Shown here: one piece after another, positions 41,534 through 52,462 of the stretch | Layout of the letters: every line of letters starts with the position of its first letter | Position numbering within the stretch: position 1 is the first letter of the stretch | Notes under the pieces: generated by a model | Told to the model about the DNA's origin: nothing | The model's database searches: none | Seen by the model: the letters and a program-made list of their open reading frames with translations, nothing else | Program-made: the position numbers and the translations under genes | DNA from: Alphaproteobacteria bacterium CG_4_10_14_0_8_um_filter_37_21 | GTDB taxonomy: Bacteria > Pseudomonadota > Alphaproteobacteria > Paracaedibacterales > UBA11393 | Assembly (NCBI GenBank): GCA_002791835.1 | Contig: PFNE01000032.1 | Span: 33,646-97,645 of the forward strand | Direction: 5' to 3' | Length of the DNA: 64,000 bases

Positions 41534-42187
41534 ATGCTTCAATTAGATGTCATTGTCAATAATTTACCTTTTCTTCTAGAAGGGGCACTCGTTACAATTA
41601 AATTAACCTTAATTGCTTTAATTTGCGGGTTGCCACTTGGTATTACCTTTGGCCTGATGCAATCATCAGACAGTAAAATACTTAAAGGTGTAGCAACGGC
41701 GTATGTTTCTGTTTTTCGGGGAACACCTTTGTTGGTGCAGTTAATGATTATCTTTAATGCTTTGCCCTTTTGGGGGCTTACACTTTCTGCATTTGAATCT
41801 GGAGCCTTAGCGCTTGCGCTAAATTCTGCTGCATACACCTCTCAATCCATACGTGCAGGAATACAAAGCGTTGATCAAGGTCAGTATGACGCTGCAAAAG
41901 TATTGGGGTTATCTTACGCGCAAACGATGCAATTTATTATCTTGCCGCAAGCCATACGTAATATTTTTCCAGCCTTAATAAACGAAATGATAAACCTTTT
42001 AAAAGAAACGGCTGTTATTTCGGTTATAGGTGAATTAGAACTGTTTAGGCGCGGGCAAGTTATTGCAAGTCAAACATTTTTAGTGATAGAACCCTATCTC
42101 ATGGTAGGAATTTGTTATTATGTTATGATTCTCATTCTGTCAAATTTAGCTGCATATGTAGAAAAACGCATGAAAGTTAACAGTTAA
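41534..42187 (+). CDS. Polar amino acid ABC transporter permease (HisM/GlnP type)
   Basis: 217 aa. VFRGTPLLVQLMIIF, and the EAA loop DQGQYDAAKVLGLSYAQTMQFIILPQAIR. Confidence 0.8.
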   Translation: MLQLDVIVNNLPFLLEGALVTIKLTLIALICGLPLGITFGLMQSSDSKILKGVATAYVSVFRGTPLLVQLMIIFNALPFWGLTLSAFESGALALALNSAAYTSQSIRAGIQSVDQGQYDAAKVLGLSYAQTMQFIILPQAIRNIFPALINEMINLLKETAVISVIGELELFRRGQVIASQTFLVIEPYLMVGICYYVMILILSNLAAYVEKRMKVNS

Positions 42188-43266
42188 TCTACCCAAATAT
42201 ACTTAACACGGCTCCTTAAAAGGGCAAGCATACTGCCTGGGGATACTTTTGTATGTTGAATAATTTCATCTAGTGGCAACCCGTCACCCCAAATAACAGC
42301 CTCATCACCAATTTTTACGTCCTTTATTTTTGTGACATCTAAAATAATCATATCCATCGAAACAGGGCCAATGATTGGGCAACGTACCCCATTCACAAGT
42401 ATTGGCGTTCCAACAGGTGCCGTAACAGGATAACCGTCAGCGTGCCCAAAAGCGATGACAGCCATAATCATATCTTCCTTGGCTTGATATGTTGCTGAAT
42501 AGCCTATATATTCACCTTTTTTCACATGGCGCACAGCATTTACAATTGATTTTAAGGTCATCACTGGTTTTAAGTTCAAATCTTCTGCCATAACGCCTGG
42601 TAGAGAAGAAACGCCATACATAGCGATGCCTGGGCGCACATAGTCGTAATGGGATTCTGGAAAATAAAAAATACCACCGGTGTTTGCTAAACTAAACTTT
42701 GTATTAATTTTTCTTTTTAGGTCTTTAACACACTGCAATTGATGGGCATTCATAAGTCCATCAGGTTTGCTGGCGCATGAAAAATGGCTAACAATTGAAA
42801 TACCTTCTTTAATTTTAGGGTGGTCTTGTAAGGTGTTATAAACCGACTCTACTTCTTCCATAGAAAAGCCCAAACGGTTCATGCCTGTGTTAACTTTAAT
42901 CCAAACTTTTAATTTATTTGGTGTGCTGACTTCATCAAGCCAAGAAATATGTTCTTTTTGATGAAAAACCATATCACAATCGTATTGAATTGCTAAAGGT
43001 ATATCTTCTGTCTGAAAGGGTCCTTGTATTAAAAGTATATTTGATTTAATACCAGCATTTCTTAATTCGATACCATCATCAATGGATGCTACGCCCATAT
43101 AACAATTAAGATCATCAATATGCTTTGCTGTTTCAACCATGCCGTGTCCGTAAGCATTCGCTTTAATCATAGCAATAACTTGTGAATGGTTTGCTTTTTT
43201 TTGAATTACACTTATGTTATGGCGTAAATTTTTACCTGATAAATAAGCAATGGCTGGACGCGTCAT
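42184..43266 (-). CDS. alr: Alanine racemase
   Basis: 360 aa. PLP-Lys context AMIKANAYGHG, and a C-terminal PIIGPVSMDMIILDVT. Confidence 0.9.
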   Translation of the reverse strand: MTRPAIAYLSGKNLRHNISVIQKKANHSQVIAMIKANAYGHGMVETAKHIDDLNCYMGVASIDDGIELRNAGIKSNILLIQGPFQTEDIPLAIQYDCDMVFHQKEHISWLDEVSTPNKLKVWIKVNTGMNRLGFSMEEVESVYNTLQDHPKIKEGISIVSHFSCASKPDGLMNAHQLQCVKDLKRKINTKFSLANTGGIFYFPESHYDYVRPGIAMYGVSSLPGVMAEDLNLKPVMTLKSIVNAVRHVKKGEYIGYSATYQAKEDMIMAVIAFGHADGYPVTAPVGTPILVNGVRCPIIGPVSMDMIILDVTKIKDVKIGDEAVIWGDGLPLDEIIQHTKVSPGSMLALLRSRVKYIWVD

Positions 43267-43637
43267 AATGTTAACCGTATTGTAAAATAATAATTGCTAC
43301 TGATCATAGCAGATTTATTGTGTTGACTATTAAAATCATATCATAATAATGACGCAATGTTTATTGTGATTTCTATCTTTAGGCATAACTTAAGCAAACT
43401 ATTTGTATGCCCTTAAATCTTATAGCCTTATTTTTTTGAACTTGACCTTATCCAGCGTAGCGTTTTTATAAATACTTTTTCTACTGTAATGCGTGGTAAA
43501 AATATGTGCTAATTTTTATATCGGTTCTTTGTGTATATAGGTTGACGTTTTTTTTTCATGAGCTTAAGCTTTTATTAATACTTACCAGGATATAATAATT
43601 TAACATGTTATTTATCCACAAAATAAGGAGAAAGCTC

Positions 43638-44195
43638 ATGACAATTCGTGTATCAGGAAAGCACATGGAAGTTGGCGCAAGCCTATCAGACCATGCACAA
43701 GAATCTATAAACGAAATAGTAAAAAAATATATGGGGCATGTTTTAGAATCTCATGCTGTTTTTAGCAAAGACCACCATAATTTTTTAGCTGATATTCAAG
43801 TACATATCAGTCATCATTTTATTGTAAACTGTCATGGAAAAGATAGTGACCCTTATAAAGCACTAGCACAGGCTTTACACAAACTAGAAACGCGTATTAA
43901 AAAATATAAAAATCGTCTGCAATCTAGAAAACGTGGAACTGAAAAAGTTGATTTTATTGAAATTTCTAAACATATCTTTGGAGATTCTCACGATGATCAT
44001 GAGCAAGAAATTCCAGTTACAATTGCAGAACTCAATACACCAATTGAAACTTTAACCGTAAGTGAGGCTGTTATGCGTTTAGAAGTAACAGAATATCCAC
44101 TGGTTGTTTTTAAAAGCGCTGCACACAATCGCTTTAATGTTGTTTACAAACGCCCTGATGGAAATATTGGGTGGATGGACTTAAAGTCTGAATAA
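43638..44195 (+). CDS. hpf: Ribosome hibernation promoting factor (long form)
   Basis: Start moved to ATG 43638 (TAAGGAG RBS). MTIRVSGKHMEVGASLSDHAQE, and a C-terminal dimerisation domain (VSEAVMRLE...PLVVFKSA..NRFNVVYKRPDGNIGW). Confidence 0.88.
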   Translation: MTIRVSGKHMEVGASLSDHAQESINEIVKKYMGHVLESHAVFSKDHHNFLADIQVHISHHFIVNCHGKDSDPYKALAQALHKLETRIKKYKNRLQSRKRGTEKVDFIEISKHIFGDSHDDHEQEIPVTIAELNTPIETLTVSEAVMRLEVTEYPLVVFKSAAHNRFNVVYKRPDGNIGWMDLKSE

Positions 44196-44218
44196 AAATT
44201 TATATCAATAATCATCGT

Positions 44219-44249
44219 GCCCCTTTATGAAAATTAAGGGGCCTTTTTT
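44219..44249 (+). terminator. Intrinsic terminator after hpf
   Basis: GCCCCTT, a 10-nt loop, AAGGGGC, then CTTTTTT. Confidence 0.72.
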
Positions 44250-44325
44250 ATATCCACCGTATGTATTGATATAATGACGCCAATCCATGTAGTGTAATGA
44301 TAAATAACAACAAAGAAATATCACA

Positions 44326-45690
44326 ATGACGCAATTAGCATGTTTTAAAGCCTATGATATTCGTGGCCGTGTTCCAGACGAACTAAACGTAGATCTTGTC
44401 TATAAAATTGGCGTAGCGTATGCACTAGAAATGAATGCCACAAAAATTGTTGTTGGCTATGATGCACGATTAGAAAGCCCCGAAATTTTAGATGCTTTAA
44501 TTAAAGGATTGAATAGCCAAAATGTAGCAGTTATTAACCTTGGCCTGTGCGGCACAGAAGAAGTGTATTTTCATACGTTTAATATGGAAAGCAAAGGTGT
44601 TAACGGCGGCATTATGGTAACAGCCAGCCACAACCCAAAGGGATATAATGGACTGAAGATGGTGTCAAAGGGTGCACGCCCTATTTCTGGTTCAGATGGA
44701 TTAAAGCGTATTCATGACCGTGTTGTAAATATGGTTTTAAATTTACTGTCATCAGCCCCTGCAGCACAAAGTGTAGAACAGCATAATAAAGCTGAATACA
44801 TACAGCATCTTATTTCTTATATAGATGTGGCAGCATTAAAGCCCCTTAAAATTGTTGTGAACCCGGGTAACGGTACAGCTGGCCTTGCGCTTAAACAGTT
44901 AGCAACCCACCTTCCTTGTGAATTTATTTATTTACACGAAAATATGGATGGTAATTTTCCAAACGGCATACCCAATCCCTTATTGCCAGAAAACAGGTCA
45001 TCAACACAGCAAGCAGTTAAAGAACATAAGGCAGACCTTGGTATTGCTTGGGATGGTGATTTTGACCGTTGCTTCTTTTTTGATGAAAATGCGCGCTTTA
45101 TAGAAGGTTATTATATTGTTGGTCTTTTAGCGCAGGCATTTTTGAAAAAAAATAAAGGTGCAAGCATTATACATGACCCAAGGTTAATCTGGAATACAAT
45201 TGATATCGCTAATACCTTGGGCGGTAAGGCCATTCAAAGTAAAACAGGGCATTCTTTCATTAAACAAATCATGAGGGAAGAAGACGCCGTTTATGGTGGT
45301 GAAATGAGCGCACATCATTATTTTAAAGATTTTGCCTATTGTGATAGCGGTATGATTCCATGGCTTTTAGTTGCAGAACTGATGTCTATGCAAAATACCC
45401 CCTTATCAAAAATGGTTGACGAGGGTATTGCCGCTTATCCGTGTAGTGGCGAAATTAACTACAAAGTATCCGATACAAAAAAAATGTTAACCAATATACG
45501 CCAATATTTTTCACATTTAAATCCAACTATTGATACACGTGATGGCTTAAGTATGAGCTTTGAAAATTGGCGCTTTAATATACGCGCATCTAACACAGAA
45601 CCCTTCTTACGTTTAAATATAGAGACAAAAAATAACCAAATTTTACTTGAAGAAAAAATTATAGAGTTTGAAAATTTAATTAATATCTAA
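44326..45690 (+). CDS. Phosphomannomutase/phosphoglucomutase
   Basis: 454 aa. Active-site GIMVTASHNPKGYNG, metal loop GIAWDGDFDRC, and GGEMSAHHYF. Confidence 0.88.
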   Translation: MTQLACFKAYDIRGRVPDELNVDLVYKIGVAYALEMNATKIVVGYDARLESPEILDALIKGLNSQNVAVINLGLCGTEEVYFHTFNMESKGVNGGIMVTASHNPKGYNGLKMVSKGARPISGSDGLKRIHDRVVNMVLNLLSSAPAAQSVEQHNKAEYIQHLISYIDVAALKPLKIVVNPGNGTAGLALKQLATHLPCEFIYLHENMDGNFPNGIPNPLLPENRSSTQQAVKEHKADLGIAWDGDFDRCFFFDENARFIEGYYIVGLLAQAFLKKNKGASIIHDPRLIWNTIDIANTLGGKAIQSKTGHSFIKQIMREEDAVYGGEMSAHHYFKDFAYCDSGMIPWLLVAELMSMQNTPLSKMVDEGIAAYPCSGEINYKVSDTKKMLTNIRQYFSHLNPTIDTRDGLSMSFENWRFNIRASNTEPFLRLNIETKNNQILLEEKIIEFENLINI

Positions 45691-45854
45691 TTTAGGTAAC
45701 CGTGTGGAAGTAACACAAAGAACCCTAGCGAATGCTATTAAGAATTTCTAGAAAGATCCCATAAAGGCGCACCCCTTTTTTCTTGTCTTCATTCGTTGTA
45801 CTCTAAAAAAGGAACACTTCTATTTCCCTACCCTTTTACGAAAGCGTTTTTAAA

Positions 45855-47162
45855 ATGAATCTATATAATCAGATCATGATTTTTCTGTCTGCTACCTACA
45901 CGCAAAGCATGTTATGGATTAAGACTTATATTTTAGATTTTCACTTTTTGTTACAAACCTTTTTCTTTATTGGTATTTTTTATGCTTTAAAAAAAATACG
46001 TAAAACAATAAAAAATCTTGGAAGCAAGCATATTAACCAGCGTTTTTTATTAACCCTACATCAAACAATCAAAATTCCTTTTGACGAACTATTTTTCATC
46101 TTAATGCTGCCGCTTACAGTACATATTATAGGTGAAATTATTCACTTTTTTGATGGAAAAATAAACTTTTTCTCTATTTTAACCCCTTTAAGTATAGCCT
46201 GGTCGATTATTCGATTATTCCAAAGCATTTTTGATGACAGTAAAATTGGCCGCGTCATTTCTTGGATGGCTTGGGGGGTTGCAGCCCTTAATATCTCTGG
46301 GTATGAAAAGAAAGCGACAAAATTTTTAGAAAGTATACGCCCTTTACAAGTAGGGTCGTACAAAATAACAATTTTCAGTGTCGTTGAATCTATAATTATT
46401 TGCACATTTGTATTTTGGGTCACAACCTTAATTGTAGAATTTGTCAAAAAACGCTTACAAATATCCATGAAAATCAATGCTTCTGAAAAAGTATTAGCCA
46501 TAAAATTTTTGCGGTTTTTTCTTTATAGTATCGCCGCTTTATATGCCCTGAATTTAATTGGTATTGATATAACAACAATTACTGTGTTTTCTGGTGCTAT
46601 TGCCTTTGGGCTAGGTTTTGGCTTGCAAAAAATTTCATCTAACTTTATTAGTGGCATCATTTTACTTCTGGATAAATCTATAAAACCGGGAGATATTATT
46701 GCTTTTGATGATACGTTTGGTCGCGTGACACATTTAGAAGCCCGTTACGTTTCTATTGAAGCGCTTGATGGTAAAAAGATTTTGATTCCAAATGAATTTT
46801 TGGTTACCAACAGGGTTGAAAACTGGTCATTTGGACACAACCGTATTTGTGTTGGCATTCCAGTTGGCGTTAGTTATAAAGAGGATATAGAAAAAATTAA
46901 AAGCCTGATGCTTAATATTGCTCATAACAATGCCGAAGTATTATCAACGCCCAAACCACTTGTTTTTCTGCGTGCTTTTGGTGATAGTTCTATAAATTTA
47001 GAACTAAGGGCTTGGATTGAAGATCCATCAAAAGGATATTCACGCATTAAAAGTGATCTTATGTTTTCTATTTGGCGCGCCTTTAAAGAAGAAAATATTA
47101 TCATCCCCTACCCACAACGCGATGTTCATATCAAAACAAGTGACGGGAAAACATTTACATAA
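45855..47162 (+). CDS. Mechanosensitive ion channel (MscS family)
   Basis: Multi-TM N-terminal part plus the MscS core (GFGLQKISSNFISGIILLLDKSIKPGDII...GRVTHLEARYVSI). Confidence 0.8.
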   Translation: MNLYNQIMIFLSATYTQSMLWIKTYILDFHFLLQTFFFIGIFYALKKIRKTIKNLGSKHINQRFLLTLHQTIKIPFDELFFILMLPLTVHIIGEIIHFFDGKINFFSILTPLSIAWSIIRLFQSIFDDSKIGRVISWMAWGVAALNISGYEKKATKFLESIRPLQVGSYKITIFSVVESIIICTFVFWVTTLIVEFVKKRLQISMKINASEKVLAIKFLRFFLYSIAALYALNLIGIDITTITVFSGAIAFGLGFGLQKISSNFISGIILLLDKSIKPGDIIAFDDTFGRVTHLEARYVSIEALDGKKILIPNEFLVTNRVENWSFGHNRICVGIPVGVSYKEDIEKIKSLMLNIAHNNAEVLSTPKPLVFLRAFGDSSINLELRAWIEDPSKGYSRIKSDLMFSIWRAFKEENIIIPYPQRDVHIKTSDGKTFT

Positions 47163-47256
47163 TAAAGCTTTATAACTGCATTCACATTCAGTTATAGGTG
47201 AAAGCTAATTTATCAACTTTTTTTGTTTAAGAATCACGAAACAACGCATGAAGGTA

Positions 47257-48474
47257 TTACGCAGCTTCTAATTTGGTATTCTCATTCAACAGTTCGTTTA
47301 ACGCTTGTGCAAGACCACTAATCATTTCCAACGTATGTTCCGGTGTTATGGTAATACGCACCATTTCTTGGCCAAGGGGTACGGTTGGGTAGTTAATGGG
47401 TTGTAAATAAATACCATACTCTATTAATAAGCGATCACAAAATTGTTTACAGTATGAAGCACCACCAATAATAACGGCCACAATATGGCTATCATTTTTA
47501 ACGAAGGGCACATTGTAATGTCGCAATGCATCTTTTAATAGCGCCACATTTTGCCACAATTTTTCACGTTCTACTGAGCTTTTTCTTAAATATTGAACAG
47601 ATTCTAACGCCGCTTGTGTTGTCGCAGGCGGGATAGAGGTTGTAAAAATAAAGCTGCTTGCAAAGGACCTGATATAATCAATCACACTGGCAGACCCTGC
47701 AACATAACCGCCAATTGCACCATACCCTTTTGCAAAATTTCCTTGAATTATATGAACTTTGTCCTGCAAGTTCAATTGTGCGGTAAGGCCATCTCCCTCT
47801 GGTCCGTACATACCCATTGCATGAACTTCATCAACATATAATAAAGCGTTATATTTTTCTGCCAAATCACAAAGGTCTTCAAGTTTTGCAAAGTCTCCAA
47901 GCATTGGATAGACAGATGTTACAGCAATAAGTTTAGGCTGTGTTAAGGGTAAATCTTGTATTAAAGTTTCAAGATGATCCATATCATTATGTTTAAAAAT
48001 TTGATATTTGCCTTTTCCTTCACGAATGCCTTGAATCATAGATGCGTGATTTTTCGCATCGGAAAAAATAGTCATATCTTTAAAAGCATTACTTAAAGCA
48101 GATAACGCACCCTCATTAGCAGCGTATCCGGATGAAAACGTTAAAGAAGCATCTTTTTTATGCAAGTCAGCCATTTCTTTTTCTAATAAAAGATGCGGAT
48201 AACTTGTGCCAGCAATATTGCGCGTTCCACCGGACCCCACACCGTAGTATTGTGCAGCTTCTTGAAAGGCACGCACAACTTGTTTATTGTGCGACATATT
48301 TAAATAGTCATTCGTACACCAAACAATAACTTCTTTTTGTTGGTCTTCATTACAGTGCCACAGGGCGTGAGGGAAATCCCCCATCATGCGTGACAACGGA
48401 ACAAACTCTCTATACCGTCCATCTTCTTTAAGTTTTACAAGCTGAGTATTAAATGCTTGATTATAGTTTAACAA
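47257..48474 (-). CDS. hemA: 5-aminolevulinate synthase
   Basis: LKEDGRYREF, VWCTNDYLNMSHN, and alpha-oxoamine synthase motifs (DEVHAMGMYG; PLP-Lys region GNFAKGYG). TTG start preceded by GAGG. Confidence 0.9.
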   Translation of the reverse strand: MLNYNQAFNTQLVKLKEDGRYREFVPLSRMMGDFPHALWHCNEDQQKEVIVWCTNDYLNMSHNKQVVRAFQEAAQYYGVGSGGTRNIAGTSYPHLLLEKEMADLHKKDASLTFSSGYAANEGALSALSNAFKDMTIFSDAKNHASMIQGIREGKGKYQIFKHNDMDHLETLIQDLPLTQPKLIAVTSVYPMLGDFAKLEDLCDLAEKYNALLYVDEVHAMGMYGPEGDGLTAQLNLQDKVHIIQGNFAKGYGAIGGYVAGSASVIDYIRSFASSFIFTTSIPPATTQAALESVQYLRKSSVEREKLWQNVALLKDALRHYNVPFVKNDSHIVAVIIGGASYCKQFCDRLLIEYGIYLQPINYPTVPLGQEMVRITITPEHTLEMISGLAQALNELLNENTKLEAA

Positions 48475-48553
48475 GGAAAACCTCTATCTTTAAATAGACT
48501 AAAATAATAAAATAATGTAAAGTTAGGTCGTACCAATTAAAGTTTTGCTCTTT

Positions 48554-49948
48554 ATGTCACAAGAATCTGCAACCAATACAATGAATCCATACCCACATGT
48601 AGATAATTTAGCACAAAATATATCTATTGTACCATTAGCCAATGCTGTTTTTTCTGTAACGCAAATATCAACTATATTAAAAAAACATGTAGAATCTCAA
48701 TTTTCTAACATAAAAGTAAAAGCAGAAATTTCAGGATTAAAGATCCATTCATCTGGGCATGCCTATTTTACGCTAAAGGATAAGGATGCCGCCATTGACG
48801 GTGTTGTGTGGCGCGGTACAAAACTTGATACGTCTTTAAAAGAAGGTACAGAGGTTATAGCAACAGGGCGTATAACCACATACCCAGCCAGATCTAAATA
48901 TCAAATGATTGTAACCCAAGCAGAACTTTCTGGGCAAGGCGACCTGATGAAAAAGCTTTTAGAAAATAAAGCTAAATTTCAAGAAGAAGGGTTATTTAAC
49001 AACAATCGCCCCCTACCCAAATTCCCAAAAACAATTGGTATTGTAACCTCTGCAACGGGGGCTGTTATTCAAGACATTTTACATCGTTTAAGGCAACGTT
49101 ACCCCTGTCATGTTTTGGTGTGGCCCGTACTTGTTCAAGGGAATGGAACCGCTAAGCAGGTAGCAGACGCTATCAATGGCTTTAACACACTTGATGATAA
49201 GCCAGATATTTTAGTTGTTGCACGTGGTGGTGGTAGTTTTGAAGATTTATTTGCTTTTAATGAAGAACCTATAGTTCGGGCTGTTTATGAATCTGGTATT
49301 CCTGTTGTTTCAGCCATTGGGCACGAAACAGATACAACCCTTATAGATTATGCAGCTGACCTTAGGGCGCCAACACCGACAGCTGCAGCAGAATTAATAA
49401 CACCTGATTTAGCCGATGTTAGATCAACCTTAATTCATTTGGCAAAACGCTTAATTAACAGCTATCAAAATATTTTTCAAAACTATTCAATGCGCTATAA
49501 ATTAGCCGCACAAAATTTGATAGACCCCATTAAATATACACAAGAAAAATCACAACGTTTGGATGATTGGGTAGAACGCTTAGAACGCTTACAAATTTCT
49601 ACCATATTAAATTTTGATCAAAAATTAACAAATCTTACATCAATGTTAAAGCCGCCAAAACATCAACTAGCGCAGCACCAAGACAAAATAAAAAGTCTGT
49701 CAGATCGTTTACAGTCATCTTTAGCGTATAATATAGAGCGCAATACGGTCGCTTTTCAAAATGTGGCAGCTAGGTTAAACCAAAGTTCTTACCAAAAAAC
49801 GCTTGATAAAGGCTTTTGCCTCATCACATCTGAAACTAAAAAACCTATCTACAAGGTAGCTGACATAAAAAATCAACCTGTTCATATCCGCGTTCAAGAT
49901 GGCATTGTAAAGACAACCTTAACTGATGTATTGCGCAAGGCCACGTAA
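48554..49948 (+). CDS. xseA: Exodeoxyribonuclease VII large subunit
   Basis: OB-fold N-terminus (VKAEISGLKIHSSGHAYFTLKD) and catalytic region (IGIVTSATGAVIQDI, ARGGGSFEDL, SAIGHETDTT). Confidence 0.9.
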   Translation: MSQESATNTMNPYPHVDNLAQNISIVPLANAVFSVTQISTILKKHVESQFSNIKVKAEISGLKIHSSGHAYFTLKDKDAAIDGVVWRGTKLDTSLKEGTEVIATGRITTYPARSKYQMIVTQAELSGQGDLMKKLLENKAKFQEEGLFNNNRPLPKFPKTIGIVTSATGAVIQDILHRLRQRYPCHVLVWPVLVQGNGTAKQVADAINGFNTLDDKPDILVVARGGGSFEDLFAFNEEPIVRAVYESGIPVVSAIGHETDTTLIDYAADLRAPTPTAAAELITPDLADVRSTLIHLAKRLINSYQNIFQNYSMRYKLAAQNLIDPIKYTQEKSQRLDDWVERLERLQISTILNFDQKLTNLTSMLKPPKHQLAQHQDKIKSLSDRLQSSLAYNIERNTVAFQNVAARLNQSSYQKTLDKGFCLITSETKKPIYKVADIKNQPVHIRVQDGIVKTTLTDVLRKAT

Positions 49949-50047
49949 AACACTATACATTTGTTTTTTCTCAATACATAAAATACTTGTTGGCATGAAC
50001 ACAACCATGTATCCTTAGAAGTAAATTTAGTATTAAGGAGATATCAC

Positions 50048-50494
50048 ATGGCAGGTGTAAACAAAGTAATTATTATAGGTAATGTTGGAAAAGACCCTGA
50101 AATTCGTCAAATGCAGGATGGTTTTAAAATTGCAAATTTTTCCATTGCAACAAGTGAATCTTGGAAAGACAAAACGACAGGCGAGAGAAAAGAAAAAACT
50201 GAATGGCACCGTATTGCTGTTATGAATGAACGCTTAAGCGAAGTTGTTGAAAAATATGTCCGAAAAGGTTCTAAACTTTATGTTGAAGGGCAACTTCAAA
50301 CACGCAAGTGGACAGACCAATCTGGAATGGATCGCTACACAACAGAAGTTGTGATTGGCCGTTTCAAAGGCGAGATTACAATGTTAGATAGCCGTAACAC
50401 GACTGGCGGTTTTGATGGTGGATCACAAAGCCAACCACAACAATCATTAGAACCTACAATGCCAGCATCTATTGATGATGAAATGCCGTTTTAA
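50048..50494 (+). CDS. ssb: Single-stranded DNA-binding protein
   Basis: [24 protein letters not shown], and an acidic tip DDEMPF. Confidence 0.95.
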   Translation: MAGVNKVIIIGNVGKDPEIRQMQDGFKIANFSIATSESWKDKTTGERKEKTEWHRIAVMNERLSEVVEKYVRKGSKLYVEGQLQTRKWTDQSGMDRYTTEVVIGRFKGEITMLDSRNTTGGFDGGSQSQPQQSLEPTMPASIDDEMPF

Positions 50495-50525
50495 AAGGAT
50501 TGACACTTTTTATCACTTTATATTT

Positions 50526-52337
50526 ATGAACATGCCCCGTACCTTTAAAATTTATCTAGCATTATCAATACTATGCTTTACTTTATCTGCGTACGGGCAT
50601 GAACCTAAAAAACAATATGGCTTGTCACTTTTAAATGGTTTGAAATATCCAAAAGATTTTCAACATTTTCAATATGTAAATCCGAAAGCACCAAAAGGGG
50701 GCACCCTTAAGATTGGTATACAAGGAAGTTTCGACTCCTTAAACCCTTATATTGTCATGGGGAATCCAGCACCTCGTGTTCAAATGTATACGCATGCAAC
50801 ATTATTTCAAGAATGCGAAGACGAACCAGCAAGTGCGTACCCCTATGTTGCCGATGCGGTCGAAATTTCAGCAGATAAAAAAAACATCACCTTTTATTTA
50901 AATCCAAATGCACGCTTTAGTGACGGGAAAACTTTAACCGCAGATGATGTTGTTTTTTCCTTTAATATTTTGCGTGAAAAAGGCATGCCTCTTTTTAAGC
51001 ACTATTATAGCGATATTAAATCTATCAAAATGATCGGCAAACATACGATCACATTTTACAACACAAACCCTAAAAACAGAGAAATTGCTTTTATTTTAGG
51101 ACAACTTCCCGTTCTACCAAAGCACCATTATACAAACACTTCTTTTGCAGAAACATCCTTAGAACTGCCACCAACATCTGGGCCTTATATTATTGAAAGT
51201 GTTAATGCGCCACATAATATTACGTATCAAAAAACAAAAAATTGGTGGGGATTAGATATTCCATCGCAGGTTGGCTTTCATAATTTTAACAAAATTGAAT
51301 ATACAACATACCGTGATGACACTGCATTATTTGAAGCATTTAAAAAAGGCAGCCTTCACTGGCGCCAAGAGAATAGCTCCCAAAGATGGGCATCAGGTTA
51401 TAAATTTGATGCATTTCAACAAAAAAAAGTATTAAAAGTTGTTTTACCAGATAACAATCCCAAGCCAACCATGGGAATATTCTTAAATACGCGCAATCCC
51501 CTTTTACAAGATATAAGGGTGCGTAAAGCTATTGGCTATGCTTTTGATTTTAACTGGATGAATAAATATATATTTTATAATTTATACAATCGTAATGATA
51601 GCTTTTTTTCAAAATCACACTTATCTAGCGCAGGGAAAAGATCACCTGAAATTTTAAAAATGCTAGAGCCTTTTAAAGATAAGCTTCCTGATACAGTATT
51701 TAAAACAGATGTTCAGCAACCATTTTATGCAAATAATACAGAAATGCGCGCAGGCCTAAAAAAAGCACAAGACCTTTTGGTGCAGGCTGGGTATAGTGAA
51801 ATTAATAAGGATAATATTCGCGTACATAATAAAACAAAAGAACCACTAGAGTTTCGATTTATTTTTGCAACCTCACCCACTGCACGCTTAATAACCCCTC
51901 TGAAAGAAAACTTAGAGCGCATCGGCATTAACTTAAAGCTTATTCAACTTGATAATAATACATACACAAATTCTGTTGAAAGCTATGATTACGATCTGAT
52001 TTATACAGGCTTTGCACAGGCAGCAACACCCGGAAATGAGCAGCGTGCGTTTTTCGGATCTAAATCAGTAGATGCTAAAGGCGGGAAAAACTATAGTGGC
52101 ATTAAGTCTGAAGTTATAGATAATCTTATTGAACTTATTGTAAAGCGCCCTACCGATGAAGAGATGATCGATGCAACAAAAGCAATGGATTATGTACTGC
52201 TGCACGGGCATTATATCATTCAAGGTTGGCATTTTGATGGTCATATGGTAGCGCACTGGGATTTTATAAAGGGTTTAGGTAAAGAACAGCCACTATACCC
52301 CCGCAATTTTCTTTCACGCTGTTGGTATCAAGAATAA
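50526..52337 (+). CDS. yejA: ABC transporter substrate-binding protein, family 5 (YejA-like)
   Basis: About 603 aa. Signal peptide MNMPRTFKIYLALSILCFTLSAYG. Size and pattern fit YejA-type peptide-binding proteins. Start taken at ATG 50526. Confidence 0.75.
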   Translation: MNMPRTFKIYLALSILCFTLSAYGHEPKKQYGLSLLNGLKYPKDFQHFQYVNPKAPKGGTLKIGIQGSFDSLNPYIVMGNPAPRVQMYTHATLFQECEDEPASAYPYVADAVEISADKKNITFYLNPNARFSDGKTLTADDVVFSFNILREKGMPLFKHYYSDIKSIKMIGKHTITFYNTNPKNREIAFILGQLPVLPKHHYTNTSFAETSLELPPTSGPYIIESVNAPHNITYQKTKNWWGLDIPSQVGFHNFNKIEYTTYRDDTALFEAFKKGSLHWRQENSSQRWASGYKFDAFQQKKVLKVVLPDNNPKPTMGIFLNTRNPLLQDIRVRKAIGYAFDFNWMNKYIFYNLYNRNDSFFSKSHLSSAGKRSPEILKMLEPFKDKLPDTVFKTDVQQPFYANNTEMRAGLKKAQDLLVQAGYSEINKDNIRVHNKTKEPLEFRFIFATSPTARLITPLKENLERIGINLKLIQLDNNTYTNSVESYDYDLIYTGFAQAATPGNEQRAFFGSKSVDAKGGKNYSGIKSEVIDNLIELIVKRPTDEEMIDATKAMDYVLLHGHYIIQGWHFDGHMVAHWDFIKGLGKEQPLYPRNFLSRCWYQE

Positions 52338-52462
52338 GTGCTATACAAATTAAATTTAGTCATTAAAACCATTATGATTATATAAAAAATCCAACATTTG
52401 AGTTGGCTTCTATGAAAATGCTATAATAAAAATATATTTTCAAGTTAGTACATGGTTTAAGC

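Noticed and set aside
43564-43620. Perfect DnaA box TTATCCACA (43612-43620) and a CtrA-type TTAA-N7-TTAA (43564-43578) in the 370-bp AT-rich alr-hpf spacer; possible oriC
   Set aside because: There is only one perfect box. The other candidates have two or more mismatches. TTAA-N7-TTAA is expected by chance several times in AT-rich DNA of this length. The flanking genes are not typical origin neighbours.
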